A stretch of 64,000 nt of DNA from Chlamydiales bacterium (GCA_965206695.1 CBDBKM010000003.1:1-64000), one strand, 5' to 3'. Positions 23,802 through 34,977 are shown, counted from the first letter of the stretch. Notes: a model not told the origin generated them from the letters alone. A program made the numbers and translations.

Positions 23802-24073
23802 TCGTTTAATTTTACATTGATCAAGCAATATTATCAATATAAAATTAAATGACTATAAATGTCCTTTTTGCTTTTTTTGCAAGATCCATCGATATATTGT
23901 TGCGATACCTACTTGAAAAATATGGCCGGCTGTTTTTTTATCATGATGTTTTTCTATATGTTGTAATACTTTCTCTCGAAGATCTACTGAATAGGCTCTA
24001 GGCATTGTTTTATCCTTACTGTTTGTATAAAAAAAGAAGGATAACATATTATCAAATAAAAATTAAAATACTA
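23799..24073 (-). mobile_element. Composite IS630 remnant (two opposed right ends plus 5' part)
   Basis: TAGTCGTTTAATTTTACATTGAT fused to CAAGCAATATTATCAATATAAAATTAAATGACTA, then orfA 5' half and left end. Confidence 0.85.
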
Positions 24074-24329
24074 TAGAAAGAATAATAAACGGAGCTTTCA
24101 GTTCATCTGCATATCTTCGAGCTTGTTCCTTAGCATTGTATGGATCTATGGACTCTTGCTTTGCCTCTATAACACATATAGGTATTCCATCATCAAACAG
24201 AACATAATCAGCTACTCCTTCTTTTCCAGAGAGTTGAGGAGGTACTTGTTTGTGATCATAAATATCCCAACCGCTTTCTTTTAAAGCGGCATCTATGAGT
24301 CTTGTTGCAAAGGCTTCTTTTTTTTTCAT
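24074..24329 (-). pseudogene. hsdR: Type I restriction subunit R (HsdR) N-terminal fragment, truncated by IS
   Basis: TRLIDAALKESGW, ADYVL, VIEAK, EQARRYA nuclease motifs. Confidence 0.8.
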
Positions 24330-24528
24330 TATACTTAACTGTTTAAAACTTGATTAATTAAGATGTTATAGGTTTTGTTTATTTATATCAATAATTAAAC
24401 TAATTTATATAATTTTATAAACTAAATTGTTAATAATAATTTTACTTATTGTAAAAAGTGAAAATTTGCAGTAAAGCTAGGTTGATGTATTATATTGATA
24501 TATCGGGTAAGGTGAAGCATCCGATATT

Positions 24529-25587
24529 TTAATATGAGGTATTTGGATGGGAGAGAGAGTTTTTATCAATAAATTGGGAAGAGTAGATCGCTTGGTAGGA
24601 TTGTGTTTCAAAATTCACACAGATAGTACGGCCAAGCATGAGTTCACGAGGATCTTTTTTTATTATTTTTAACCATTTTGGCTTTGTGTGAGCTATAGCA
24701 CCAACCCCCGCTATGTGATATCGAAGCTGTTCTTCTACTGTAAATATTGGCTCGGCCGTAATGATTGTTACAGGGGACAATATTTTGTTGTTAGTAGTGC
24801 CATGGAATGCTAAGTAGGGCATATCACTATCAGCAAAGTCATCTGCTTTTCTTAATAAAAGTTTTTTACGATTAAATTTTTGTGTTTTGATTACCTCATC
24901 TCTTATTTGTGATTGCATAAGGATAAGATTATGGTGCAAAATCCCATAGTTCTGGTATTTGACGATAAGAAAATTACGGATATTGTTAAGACCTTCTTTC
25001 GCAAAGGATAAAAATTCTCTTGAGATATTATCTAGTTGAATAGAGGAAGACATTAATCGGATAATTGAATCCACAATAAGCTCTTTAATAAAATGATTGT
25101 ACATGGAATCGTTTTTGGTAAAATTTTTAGCTTGTCTCAGGATCTTTCTTTCTAGATGAGTCCACTCTTCATGAAAGGGATATTTTTTCAAATTTTTATA
25201 ACTAATAGAAAATATTTTTTTTTGTGACAGGCGTGCATATAGTTCTCTGTTAATTAATATATCCAGTCTGTTATAAAGGTCTTTAATTATTTCTTTTTCT
25301 GGGCTTTTAGCATCCTGAATTACACTGTTTATATGATCAGTGCATTTTTTTATCTGTTTGTTTTCTTTTAAAAAATTGCTTCTTACTTGTCCTTGACCGA
25401 TTATTTCTAAAAATAATTTATCGGTGATTAATAGGTTTTCAGGGGAAATTTGAAAGTATTGGAATATTTCTTTTATTAGCGAAACACGATGAGAGAGTTG
25501 TTCTTTAGTATAGGATGAACTCAGACGCAATTTTGTGATGACAGAGTTATCGAGATAGCAGTATGAATGCATTTGATAGGTATTCAA
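24529..25587 (-). CDS. Hypothetical protein with PIN-like motifs
   Basis: 352-aa ORF; start overlaps higA stop (ATGA). Confidence 0.7.
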   Translation of the reverse strand: MNTYQMHSYCYLDNSVITKLRLSSSYTKEQLSHRVSLIKEIFQYFQISPENLLITDKLFLEIIGQGQVRSNFLKENKQIKKCTDHINSVIQDAKSPEKEIIKDLYNRLDILINRELYARLSQKKIFSISYKNLKKYPFHEEWTHLERKILRQAKNFTKNDSMYNHFIKELIVDSIIRLMSSSIQLDNISREFLSFAKEGLNNIRNFLIVKYQNYGILHHNLILMQSQIRDEVIKTQKFNRKKLLLRKADDFADSDMPYLAFHGTTNNKILSPVTIITAEPIFTVEEQLRYHIAGVGAIAHTKPKWLKIIKKDPRELMLGRTICVNFETQSYQAIYSSQFIDKNSLSHPNTSY

Positions 25588-25904
25588 TATTTAGGCTTAG
25601 ATGATGCTACCATAGGTACTATAGGTCGAATATTCTCAGCCCTGAGCGTTTTATCATTTTCAGCCTCCCATACATCATATTTCTGTTGAAGATTTAGCCA
25701 CAATTCAGGTGTAGTATTCAAAGATTTTGCCAGTCTTACTGCTATCCTAGCAGTAATACGAGCATCGCCTTTAATAATCTTATGCAAAGTATTTCTGGCA
25801 ATACCGGCTGTTTCAGCTAATTCAGTTTTAGTTATCTCTAAAGGATTGATATAATGCTCTTCTAGGATGACACCTGGAAGAGTTGGTTTTCTTTTTTTGC
25901 TCAT
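25584..25904 (-). CDS. higA: HigA-family antitoxin
   Basis: PGVILEEHY, HTH, TTPELWLNLQQKYD. Confidence 0.92.
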   Translation of the reverse strand: MSKKRKPTLPGVILEEHYINPLEITKTELAETAGIARNTLHKIIKGDARITARIAVRLAKSLNTTPELWLNLQQKYDVWEAENDKTLRAENIRPIVPMVASSKPKY

Positions 25905-25913
25905 TGTATATCC

Positions 25914-26195
25914 TTAATGATAATCTAAATAATCTACGTTGTAAATGTTACCTTCTTTAAAGTAAAAGATAACACGCCAATTGCCAGAAACACTGATCGC
26001 ATAAAAATCCTTAAGCTTTCCGCTTAATTTGTGTAAACCAGACCCCGGAAAATCGATATCTTTAAAATCGTTCGCAGCATCTAATTGGTCTAAAATAAGA
26101 GCCAATTTTTTAGCATGTTGAGGATTAATTTTCTTTTTAGACCCAGTATAGAAAAATTTTTCTAGTCCACTATCGTCAAATGTTTTTATAGCCAT
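25914..26195 (-). CDS. higB: HigB/RelE-family toxin
   Basis: IKTF..GLEKFF, LHKLSG, ISVSGNWRVIF, YLDYH. Confidence 0.92.
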   Translation of the reverse strand: MAIKTFDDSGLEKFFYTGSKKKINPQHAKKLALILDQLDAANDFKDIDFPGSGLHKLSGKLKDFYAISVSGNWRVIFYFKEGNIYNVDYLDYH

Positions 26196-26223
26196 TGTCT
26201 ATGTGTCATAATTAATAGTAAGA

Positions 26224-26244
26224 TTGTAACCTAAATGGTGACAA
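26224..26244. promoter_or_regulatory. Putative HigA operator
   Basis: TTGTAACC-N5-GGTGACAA inverted repeat just upstream of higB. Confidence 0.55.
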
Positions 26245-26419
26245 AATGCAAGAGAAATTTGAACAAAATGAATTTATAAAAAATTACGCAAATTTTACGC
26301 ACTCGGCAGGAAAAAACTGGCATAAATCAGTAGAGATCAGCATAATTAAAGCCAATTTAAATCATTAACTTTATTGATCTTGTTGATACTAGGCTATGCT
26401 GATTAATACATATGCAACC

Positions 26420-26477
26420 GACTTAAAATCCCTTGCTCTTCGGGGCGTGCAGGTTCGAGTCCTGTTCCGAGCAAGTT
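26420..26477 (+). repeat. att site: 3' part of tRNA-Leu
   Basis: GACTTAAAATCCCTTGCTCTTCGGGGCGTGCAGGTTCGAGTCCTGTTCCGAGCAAGTT. Confidence 0.93.
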
Positions 26478-26666
26478 TCTTTTTCAGTGGTTTAGGAGTG
26501 TTTATATGATGATTATCATGACTGCTGTAAATCACCAAAATCAACGAATGTTCCATTTTTGTGCCACAACTTTCAAAAACGTTTTTCTATACCTGAATAT
26601 TCCTACACTACCTGTTATGACAATTAAACGAGAAAACCCGCCTTTTTAAGGGTGGGATGAAAGTGT

Positions 26667-27062
26667 CTATTTGTTTTTTTGATTCCGTATATACTTTCTG
26701 ATTGTATATTCATTTAATTTTCCAACACTATCAACATAATAAGACCGTGTCCACAGTGTGGGTAACCCGGATCTTAAGCTTGAAAATTCTTGCCTTAATA
26801 TTCGGCTTGTATATCCCTTAAGTTGTCCTATGAAAAATTGTGGCGAATATATAGGCTTGGTATTTAAAAAAATATGTACGTGATCAGGCATAATATTCAG
26901 TTCGTGAATCTCTATATTTAGTTGTAGAGCTTTTAATTCTAATAATTCCTTTAAACGAACAACAATATCACCTTCAAGAACCTTTCTCCTATATTTAAGA
27001 CACCAAATAACATGGTAACTAAGGTTAAAAATTGCTGTTTTAGAGGTTTTCCGTCTTTCCGG
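26667..27062 (-). pseudogene. tnpA: tnpA, open frame but start codon lost (ATG>CCG relative to the 13822 copy)
   Basis: YHVIWCLKYRR, PDHVHI, LWTRSYY, YIRNQ. Confidence 0.8.
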
Positions 27063-27101
27063 ATAGACAGTATATATATACCGGACATATAATGCAATAC
27101 A

Positions 27102-29132
27102 TGATGATCAAAAAAGCATATAAATTCAGATTCTATCCAACAAAAAAACAAAAGGAGTTGCTTGCAAAAAGCTTTGGATGTTCCGGAGTTGTATATATAG
27201 TCATTTAATTTTATATTGATAAGATTGCTTGATCAATGGCGAATTTAAAATTCGTAACTTTTCGTAATATCTCTCTAACTTTATTTTTCATATTAGCCCA
27301 ATATTTTTCTATAGGATTTAAGTCCGGAGAATAGGGAGGAAGAAACATAAGCTTACAACCGGCAGATTCTAGTGTTTTCCTGCTTTCCGCTGACTTGTGA
27401 AAACCGGCATTGTCAAGAATAAGAACACTACCGGGTGTAAGCTGAGGAGTCAAAACTTCCTTAAGCCAAATATTGAATAACCCGGTATTACAAGTACCTT
27501 CAAAACACATTGGAGATAAAAACTGCCCTTTAGATAGGGCTGAAATAATATTTTGCCTTATAAAGCGGTTTCCTGAAACCGCTCCAAAAACTTTTTTGCC
27601 GCGTAAGCTTCTTCCGGACTCACGAAATAAAAATTGATGAATCCCGGTTTCATCGAGATAAATTCTCTTGTCAAAGGGAATATTTTTTAAATCTTTCATA
27701 AAAGCTTCCCGTTTCTTTTCATCTCTTTCCTTATAGCGAGTAGTTTTTTTTTTCGTGTAATTTTTAATCTTTTAAGGGCATAAAAAATCGTTTGCGGAGT
27801 GACTGAAAAATAATCAGCAATTTCCGATAAAAAATAATCCGGATGTTTTTCTACATATTTAGATAACAACTCATCATCTAATTTCTTATAAGCATATTTT
27901 CTGCGGATTGGCTTTAAATGTCCTTTTTGCTTTTTTTGCAAGATCCATCGATATATTGTTGCGATACCTACTTGAAAAATATGGCCGGCTGTTTTTTTAT
28001 CATGATGTTTTTCTATATGTTGTAATACTTTCTCTCGAAGATCTACTGAATAAGCTCTAGGCATTGTTTTATCCTTACTGTTTGTATAAAAAAAGAAGGA
28101 TAACATATTATCAAATAAAAATTAAAATACTATAATCAAGCTTTAAACTTTAAGATCAAGAAATATCAGGAATACAAAGAGAATGTAAGTTATTCTAAAA
28201 CATCGGCATTCTTGACAAGTCTTAAGCAAAACAAAGAGTTTCTTTGGTTAAACGAAGTTTCTTCTGTTTGTCTGCAACAAAGTCTTAGAGATCTTGATAG
28301 AGCTTTTTTAAACTTTTTTAAAAAAAGGTCAAATTTCCCTCGCTTTAAAAACAAACACAGTACGCAGGCAATACGATTAACTAAGTCAGCATTTAGTTGG
28401 GATGGGGTTAATCTTAAGATTGCAAAATCTAAAGACAGATTAAAAATACATTGGTCAAGGTGTTTTTTAGGTACACCAACAGGTATAACAATCACAAAAG
28501 ACTCTTGTGACAGGTATTTTGTGAGCCTATTAGTAGAAGAAGAAGTGATCCCTTTTGAGAAGAGAAATAATTCTGTCGGTATAGATTTAGGATTAACGAC
28601 ATTCGCAACTCTTTCTACAGGGAAAAAGATTACGGCACCTAAACCTTTTAGATTTCATAAGAAAAGACTAAAAAGAAAACAACGTTCTCTTAGCAAAGCT
28701 AAAGTCAAAGGTAAAAACAGACTCAAAAAAAGAAGATCGGTGGCTTCGATACATTCGAAGATAAAAAATATAAGGCAGGACTTTCATCATAAACTTTCTA
28801 CAAAGTTGGCTCGTGAAAACCAAACGATCACGATAGAAGGGTTAAATATTAATAAGATGTTAAAAAATAAAAAACTTTCCAAGCATATATCGGATGCAGG
28901 ATGGAGCCGGTTTTTAACATTTTTAAAGTATAAGTGTGAATGGTACGGAAGAAATATAGTGGAATTAGATCAATTTTTTGCCGGTTCAAAACTATGCTCT
29001 GCCTGCCGGTACCAAATAGAAATTTTAGATTTAAGTGTGAGAAGTTGGCAGTGTCCAAACTGCAAAGTAACACACGATAGAGATCTTAATGCATCTATTA
29101 ATCTCGATACCGCAGGGCAGTCGGTAATTTAA
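27102..29132 (+). pseudogene. tnpB: TnpB RNA-guided nuclease interrupted by IS630
   Basis: KAYKFRFYPT...VVY joins NQAL in frame after IS removal; GIDLG, IEGL, CSAC/CPNC, DRDLNA. Confidence 0.92.
27198..28132 (-). mobile_element. IS630 copy (intact orfA, A10 run)
   Basis: Same ends; TA flanks. Confidence 0.95.
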
Positions 29133-29240
29133 GCCTTTGGAGATCATGTTAGACTAGCTTGTTTGTTAGCAGTGGTCGATGAATTAGGAATCCCTTCCCT
29201 TTAGGGTTGGGAGCTGTCAAGTTATCATAAAAAGTAACTA
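29100..29240 (+). ncRNA. Predicted TnpB omega/reRNA (right end plus flanking guide)
   Basis: Positional inference from IS605 biology; 5' boundary uncertain. Confidence 0.5.
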
Positions 29241-29296
29241 TATGTTGCTGTTATCGACACTTAAAAGTGTCATAATGTTATTATTAATACAACATA

Positions 29297-30986
29297 ATGG
29301 TAAAAATCATGTTAGGAATAACGAAGCGATATAGGAAGAACGGGAAAGTATGTTATTTAGCACGAGTCAGAGTCAAGAGTGGGAAACATTTAGCCAAAAC
29401 GTTCGAAACGAAAACCAAAGCGTACGATTGGAAGCTTACTACAGAAGCTGCCATCAAAGAGGGAAGAATACAGTTTGTCATATAGTATTTTAATTTTTAT
29501 TTGATAATATGTTATCCTTCTTTTTTTATACAAACAGTAAGGACAAAACAATGCCTAGAGCCTATTCAGTAGATCTTCGAGAGAAAGTATTACAACATAT
29601 AGAAAAACATCATGATAAAAAAACAGCCGGCCATATTTTTCAAGTAGGTATCGCAACAATATATCGATGGATCTTGCAAAAAAAGCAAAAAGGACATTTA
29701 AAGCCAATCCGCAGAAAATATGCTTATAAGAAATTAGATGATGAGTTGTTATCTAAATATGTAGAAAAACATCCGGATTATTTTTTATCGGAAATTGCTG
29801 ATTATTTTTCAGTCACTCCGCAAACGATTTTTTATGCCCTTAAAAGATTAAAAATTACACGAAAAAAAAAACTACTCGCTATAAGGAAAGAGATGAAAAG
29901 AAACGGGAAGCTTTTATGAAAGATTTAAAAAATATTCCCTTTGACAAGAGAATTTATCTCGATGAAACCGGGATTCATCAATTTTTATTTCGTGAGTCCG
30001 GAAGAAGCTTACGCGGCAAAAAAGTTTTTGGAGCGGTTTCAGGAAACCGCTTTATAAGGCAAAATATTATTTCAGCCCTATCTAAAGGGCAGTTTTTATC
30101 TCCAATGTGTTTTGAAGGTACTTGTAATACCGGGTTATTCAATATTTGGCTTAAGGAAGTTTTGACTCCTCAGCTTACACCCGGTAGTGTTCTTATTCTT
30201 GACAATGCAGGTTTTCACAAGTCAGCGGAAAGTAGGAAAAAAGTAGAATCTGCCGGTTGTAAGCTTATGTTTCTTCCTCCATATTCTCCGGACTTAAATC
30301 CTATAGAAAAATATTGGGCTAATATGAAAAATAAAGTTAGAGAGATATTACGAAAAGTTACGAATTTTACATTCGCCATTGATCAAGCAATCTTATCAAT
30401 GTAAAATTAAATGACTATAAAAGAAGAAAGGAGACTCGTCTCTGATATGATTAATCAATATATAGAAAGAGAGCTTCCTAAAAAACCCAAAAGCTATGAA
30501 AAACAAAAGCATCAATTAACGTGGTGGAATAATGAAATAGGACATCTTTTTTTAAAGCATCTTACGGCGGCACAATTAGCAGAATGTCGGGATAAGCTAT
30601 CAAATGAGTTAACATGCAGAGGTAGTAAGCGTTCGAATAGTACTGTCAACCGATATTTAGCTGTGATTAGTCATTGTTTTTCTATCGCTTCTAAAGAATG
30701 GCATTGGATAGATGATAATCCAGCAAAAAATGTACAAAGATTGAAGGAGCCAAGAGGAAGAGATCGTATACTTCAAGATTATGAGATAAAACAACTAATA
30801 GAAGCATGTAAACAAAGTCGTAATCCTTCTCTTTACCCTGTTGTCATGATTGCATTGTCGACAGGTATGCGAAAAGGAGAAATTCTATCTTTAAAACGAG
30901 ACAATATCGATTTGTCACGTTCAAGGATTATTTTGCGTAACACAAAGAATGGAGAGATACGAGCTGTACATCTCTCACCAGAATAG
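29297..30986 (+). pseudogene. Tyrosine integrase of element B, IS-interrupted and C-terminally deleted
   Basis: The two halves join in frame; TGMRKGE and TKNG present, HxxR/Y region absent. Confidence 0.9.
29483..30417 (+). mobile_element. IS630 copy (intact orfA, A10 run)
   Basis: Same ends; TA flanks. Confidence 0.95.
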
Positions 30987-31430
30987 ACTCTATTTTCAGG
31001 AGGGATGTGCTTTAACTCTTTTTGAAACACCTCTCTTTTTTTCTCATCCCGTTCCCTGTAGAAGGGCGTCTTTTTTTTAAAGTGATCTTTAAGCGCTTAC
31101 ATGCTTTGCATATGGCGTTAACGGATACACTGAAAACAGCAGCTATTTCTCTCAAATAGCTGTCAGGATGCTTTTCAATATAATGCTTCAGTTTATCTCC
31201 GTCAATTTTATAAGGTTTGCGTTTGCTTGTTGTCGCGGCAGCTAAACGACCTGCTTTTTTTCTATTTATCCAATTCAATAAAGTACGTGTTGTTACACCA
31301 AAAATACGCCCGGCCTCTACCTGAGAGCCTCCTCCTTCTATATAGGCTAAAGCCTTTTGTCTTAAATCAGTTGAATATGCCATGTCAAAAAAATAACATA
31401 TATAAAAGAAAAATTAAAGTTTATTCACTA
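30983..31430 (-). mobile_element. Truncated IS630 of a third type (orfA plus start of orfB)
   Basis: MAYSTDLRQKAL, EKHPDSYLREIA; A-run frameshift site; left end at 31430. Confidence 0.8.
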
Positions 31431-31883
31431 TATGATAGTTTATTCTCTCTATGGCATCGATTATATTCAGAAGGATATAACGTTAATTTCTATCGTTTAG
31501 CAGAAAAAAGATATCACGCTTTCTTGTGCCATAGTTCAGATCTCAATTGGGAAGACTATCTTCCTGTATACCCGAACATTAGAAGTAGAGAGGGCTTGAT
31601 AAAAGAGATATTTAAAGGGAGGCCCCTTAAAGAAAAACGCGACCTCTGTGATGAAAAAATTCCTCATGTTACTTATCTGGGTTACGACCAACAATCTGTT
31701 ATTGCTATTACTATGGATAGGCATGATGTACTTAATCAGCGTATGGGGATATTTAAGCGTGTACTCATTGATCTTGAGCGTGATGTAGAAGGATGGCAAG
31801 TAAAGCAATATCCGGGCGAAGTCTTGTCTCTAAAGATCTCTAGTGGAGTAATTGAATCGGCGCATCGTATTCAGGCTATATAG
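31431..31883 (+). pseudogene. Hypothetical protein, 5'-truncated by IS
   Basis: Open frame from the IS boundary to the stop at 31883. Confidence 0.5.
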
Positions 31884-31886
31884 ATA

Positions 31887-31960
31887 TATACCTATTATGA
31901 TTCAAAATACCGATTTGATTAGAAAAACACCTGTCGATATTTTGAATCGTAATGGGTATA
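31887..31960. repeat. 74-bp inverted-repeat miniature element
   Basis: 27-bp arms with 3 mismatches. Confidence 0.7.
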
Positions 31961-31996
31961 GATTATATCAAGGAAGCTTATCGCTGTCTTAAATTA

Positions 31997-33860
31997 TAGT
32001 TATTTAATTTTACATTGATAAGATTGCTTGATCAATGGCGAATTTAAAATTCGTAACTTTTCGTAATATCTCTCTAACTTTATTTTTCATATTAGCCCAA
32101 TATTTTTCTATAGGATTTAAGTCCGGAGAATATGGAGGAAGAAACATAAGCTTACAACCGGCAGATTCTACTGTTTTCCTGCTTTCCGCTGACTTGTGAA
32201 AACCGGCATTGTCAAGAATAAGAACACTACCGGGTGTAAGCTGAGGAGTCAAAACTTCCTTAAGCCAAATATTGAATAACCCGGTATTACAAGTACCTTC
32301 AAAACACATTGGAGATAAAAACTGCCCTTTAGACAGGGCTGAAATAATATTTTGCCTTACAACACGGGTCCCTGAAACCGATCCAAAACTTTTTTACCGT
32401 GTAAGCTTCTTCCGGGCTCACGAAATAAAAATTGATGAATCCCGGTTTCATCGAGATAAATCCTCTTGTCAAAGAGAATATTTTCTAAATCTTTCATAAA
32501 AGCTTCCCGTTTCTTTTCATCTCTTTCCTTATAGCGAGTAGTCTTTTTTTCATGTAATCTTTTAAAGGCATAAAAAATCGTTTGCGGAGTGACTGAAAAA
32601 TAATCAGCAATTTCCGATAAAAAATAATCCGGATGTTGTTCTACATATTTAGATAACAACTCATCATCTGATTTTTGATAAGCATACTTTCTGCGGATTG
32701 GTTTTAAATGTCCTTTTTGTTTTTTTTTTGCAATACCCATCGATATATAGTCATTTAATTTTACATTGATAAGATTGCTTGATCAATGGCGAATTTAAAA
32801 TTCGTAACTTTTCGTAATATCTCTCTAACTTTATTTTTCATATTAGCCCAATATTTTTCTATAGGATTTAAGTCCGGAGAATAGGGAGGAAGAAACATAA
32901 GCTTACAACCGGCAGATTCTACTGTTTTCCTGCTTTCCGCTGACTTGTGAAAACCGGCATTGTCAAGAATAAGAACACTACCGGGTGTAAGCTGAGGAGT
33001 CAAAACTTCCTTAAGCCAAATATTGAATAACCCGGTATTACAAGTACCTTCAAAACACATTGGAGACAAAAACTGCCCTTTAGATAGGGCTGAAATAATA
33101 TTTTGCCTTATAAAGCGGTTTCCTGAAACCGCTCCAAAAACTTTTTTGCCGCGTAAGCTTCTTCCGGACTCACGAAATAAAAATTGATGAATCCCGGTTT
33201 CATCGAGATAAATTCTCTTGTCAAAGGGAATATTTTTTAAATCTTTCATAAAAGCTTCCCGTTTCTTTTCATCTCTTTCCTTATAGCGAGTAGTTTTTTT
33301 TTTCGTGTAATTTTTAATCTTTTAAGGGCATAAAAAATCGTTTGCGGAGTGACTGAAAAATAATCAGCAATTTCCGATAAAAAATAATCCGGATGTTTTT
33401 CTACATATTTAGATAACAACTCATCATCTAATTTCTTATAAGCATATTTTCTGCGGATTGGTTTTAAATGTCCTTTTTGCTTTTTTTGCAAGATCCATCG
33501 ATATATTGTTGCGATACCTACTTGAAAAATATGGCCGGCTGTTTTTTTATCATGATGTTTTTCTATATGTTGTCATACTTTCTCTCGAAGATCTACTGAA
33601 TAGGCTCTAGGCATTGTTTTATCCTTACTGTTTGTATAAAAAAAGAAGGATAACATATTATCAAATAAAAATTAAAATACTATACTGTTGCGATACCTAC
33701 TTGAAAAATATGGCCGGCTGTTTTTTATCATGATGTTTTTCTATATGTTGTAATACTTTCTCTCGAAGATCTACTGAATAAGCTCTAGGCATTGTTTTAT
33801 CCTTACTGTTTGTATAAAAAAAGAAGGATAACATATTATCAAATAAAAATTAAAATACTA
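31997..33860 (-). mobile_element. Degenerate IS630 copy containing a nested copy
   Basis: Outer parts 31997-32747 and 33683-33860. Confidence 0.9.
32748..33682 (-). mobile_element. Nested IS630 copy (orfA nonsense allele)
   Basis: Full ends; TA duplication inside the outer orfA. Confidence 0.95.
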
Positions 33861-34051
33861 TAGATGGTTATTTATGGATAGCTGAATCTACTTCGCGATT
33901 TAAAAAAATGAATTTGTCAAAAGAGACTTGTTTGAAAGAAGGCTTTGAACTTATTAGGGTTCAAGAAAAAGGAAATTTTATCTTTTTAAGAGCTCCTAAG
34001 AGCGATAGGAAAAACATTTAAAATGAATGCAATCAAAAGGAAAAAAAAGTT

Positions 34052-34526
34052 ATGTTATTTTTAAATGTCATAAAATATTTAAAGATTTATAAAGAACTGA
34101 TGCATGATATATTTGTGCCGAGCTATGAGGTTGTAAAAGCTTATCAAACAATTTTTTGGACTGTGTTTACAGGAATTATTGTATACTATTTGATGCAATG
34201 GCGTAATCATGCGTTTTCAAGCAAGCAAGCAGCAACGAATTCATTTCGATAATCAGCTAAAGGTTACATTAATAGAATTAGAATCGAATCAGATAGGGAA
34301 TAGGGGTGATCAGAAACACCCTTTTGATATTCAGCAACTGGAACAGTTATTATTATTAAATGATATGAAAAAGTTTCCAGAAGAGATTAAATTGTTGATC
34401 GATTTAAAACGTGATATGACCACACTTAATAATGGTGGACGTGTACAATGTTGTGTTCCATCAGATATACGTTGGGAACGTCTAAATCAAGCAATTGAAA
34501 TTATTAAAAAATTATTGAAAAGATAA
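34052..34526 (+). other. Two overlapping short ORFs, possibly one frameshifted membrane-anchored gene
   Basis: TM-like IFWTVFTGIIVYYLM followed by an overlapping 105-aa ORF. Confidence 0.4.
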
Positions 34527-34556
34527 GCAATACTCATACAATTTATTTAGAAGAAG

Positions 34557-34964
34557 TTATCCAGAACCAACCATAGATGCATTACTTTTTCTTTCTTCTG
34601 CTCTTCTAAGATTCCTTTGATACAACTTGTCTATAATAACTAAACACTCCTTAGTAACTTCTTCATATTTTTCTGGGTCGCTATTCTTCAGCTTTTTCAT
34701 ATCGATCCCTTTATCTATGATATCAAATTTCATCACCGTGACCATAGCACAAGCTTTTGCCCAAGCTTCCTTTTCAGAAAAACCTTCTTTCATTAATCTC
34801 TCTTTTAATTCCATTGCATCTACGACTTGAGGATTACTAGCTAAATACATCATCTGTTCTGTACTGAGAGCTGCAAAGGGAGGGGATTTATTGGATTTTG
34901 ATCCATTATTTTGACAAGCAAATAAAGTAATAGAACAACAAATTAGAAATAAGAGATTTTTCAT
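34557..34964 (-). CDS. Putative lipoprotein
   Basis: MKNLLFLICCSITLFA-C lipobox; SD GAGG upstream. Confidence 0.7.
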   Translation of the reverse strand: MKNLLFLICCSITLFACQNNGSKSNKSPPFAALSTEQMMYLASNPQVVDAMELKERLMKEGFSEKEAWAKACAMVTVMKFDIIDKGIDMKKLKNSDPEKYEEVTKECLVIIDKLYQRNLRRAEERKSNASMVGSG

Positions 34965-34977
34965 ATATTTCCTCAAT

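Larger units (their letters stand above)
19492..26477 (+). mobile_element. Integrative element A at tRNA-Leu
   Basis: ~58-bp direct repeat of the tRNA 3' part (19492-19550 and 26420-26477); adjacent integrase. Confidence 0.9.
26620..29220 (+). mobile_element. IS200/IS605 element (divergent tnpA/tnpB)
   Basis: Begins after TTAT, subterminal hairpins, ends in TCAA. Confidence 0.9.

Noticed and set aside
26420..26477. Additional tRNA genes at 26420, 38425 and 42451
   Set aside because: All lack the 5' acceptor strand and D-arm; they are att remnants
28212..29132. Cas12-like nuclease
   Set aside because: Lies within IS605 ends next to tnpA with no array; it is TnpB
31227..31430. N-terminus of the 218-aa ORF
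   Set aside because: Antisense read-through of an IS630 orfA; only the part after 31430 is plausible
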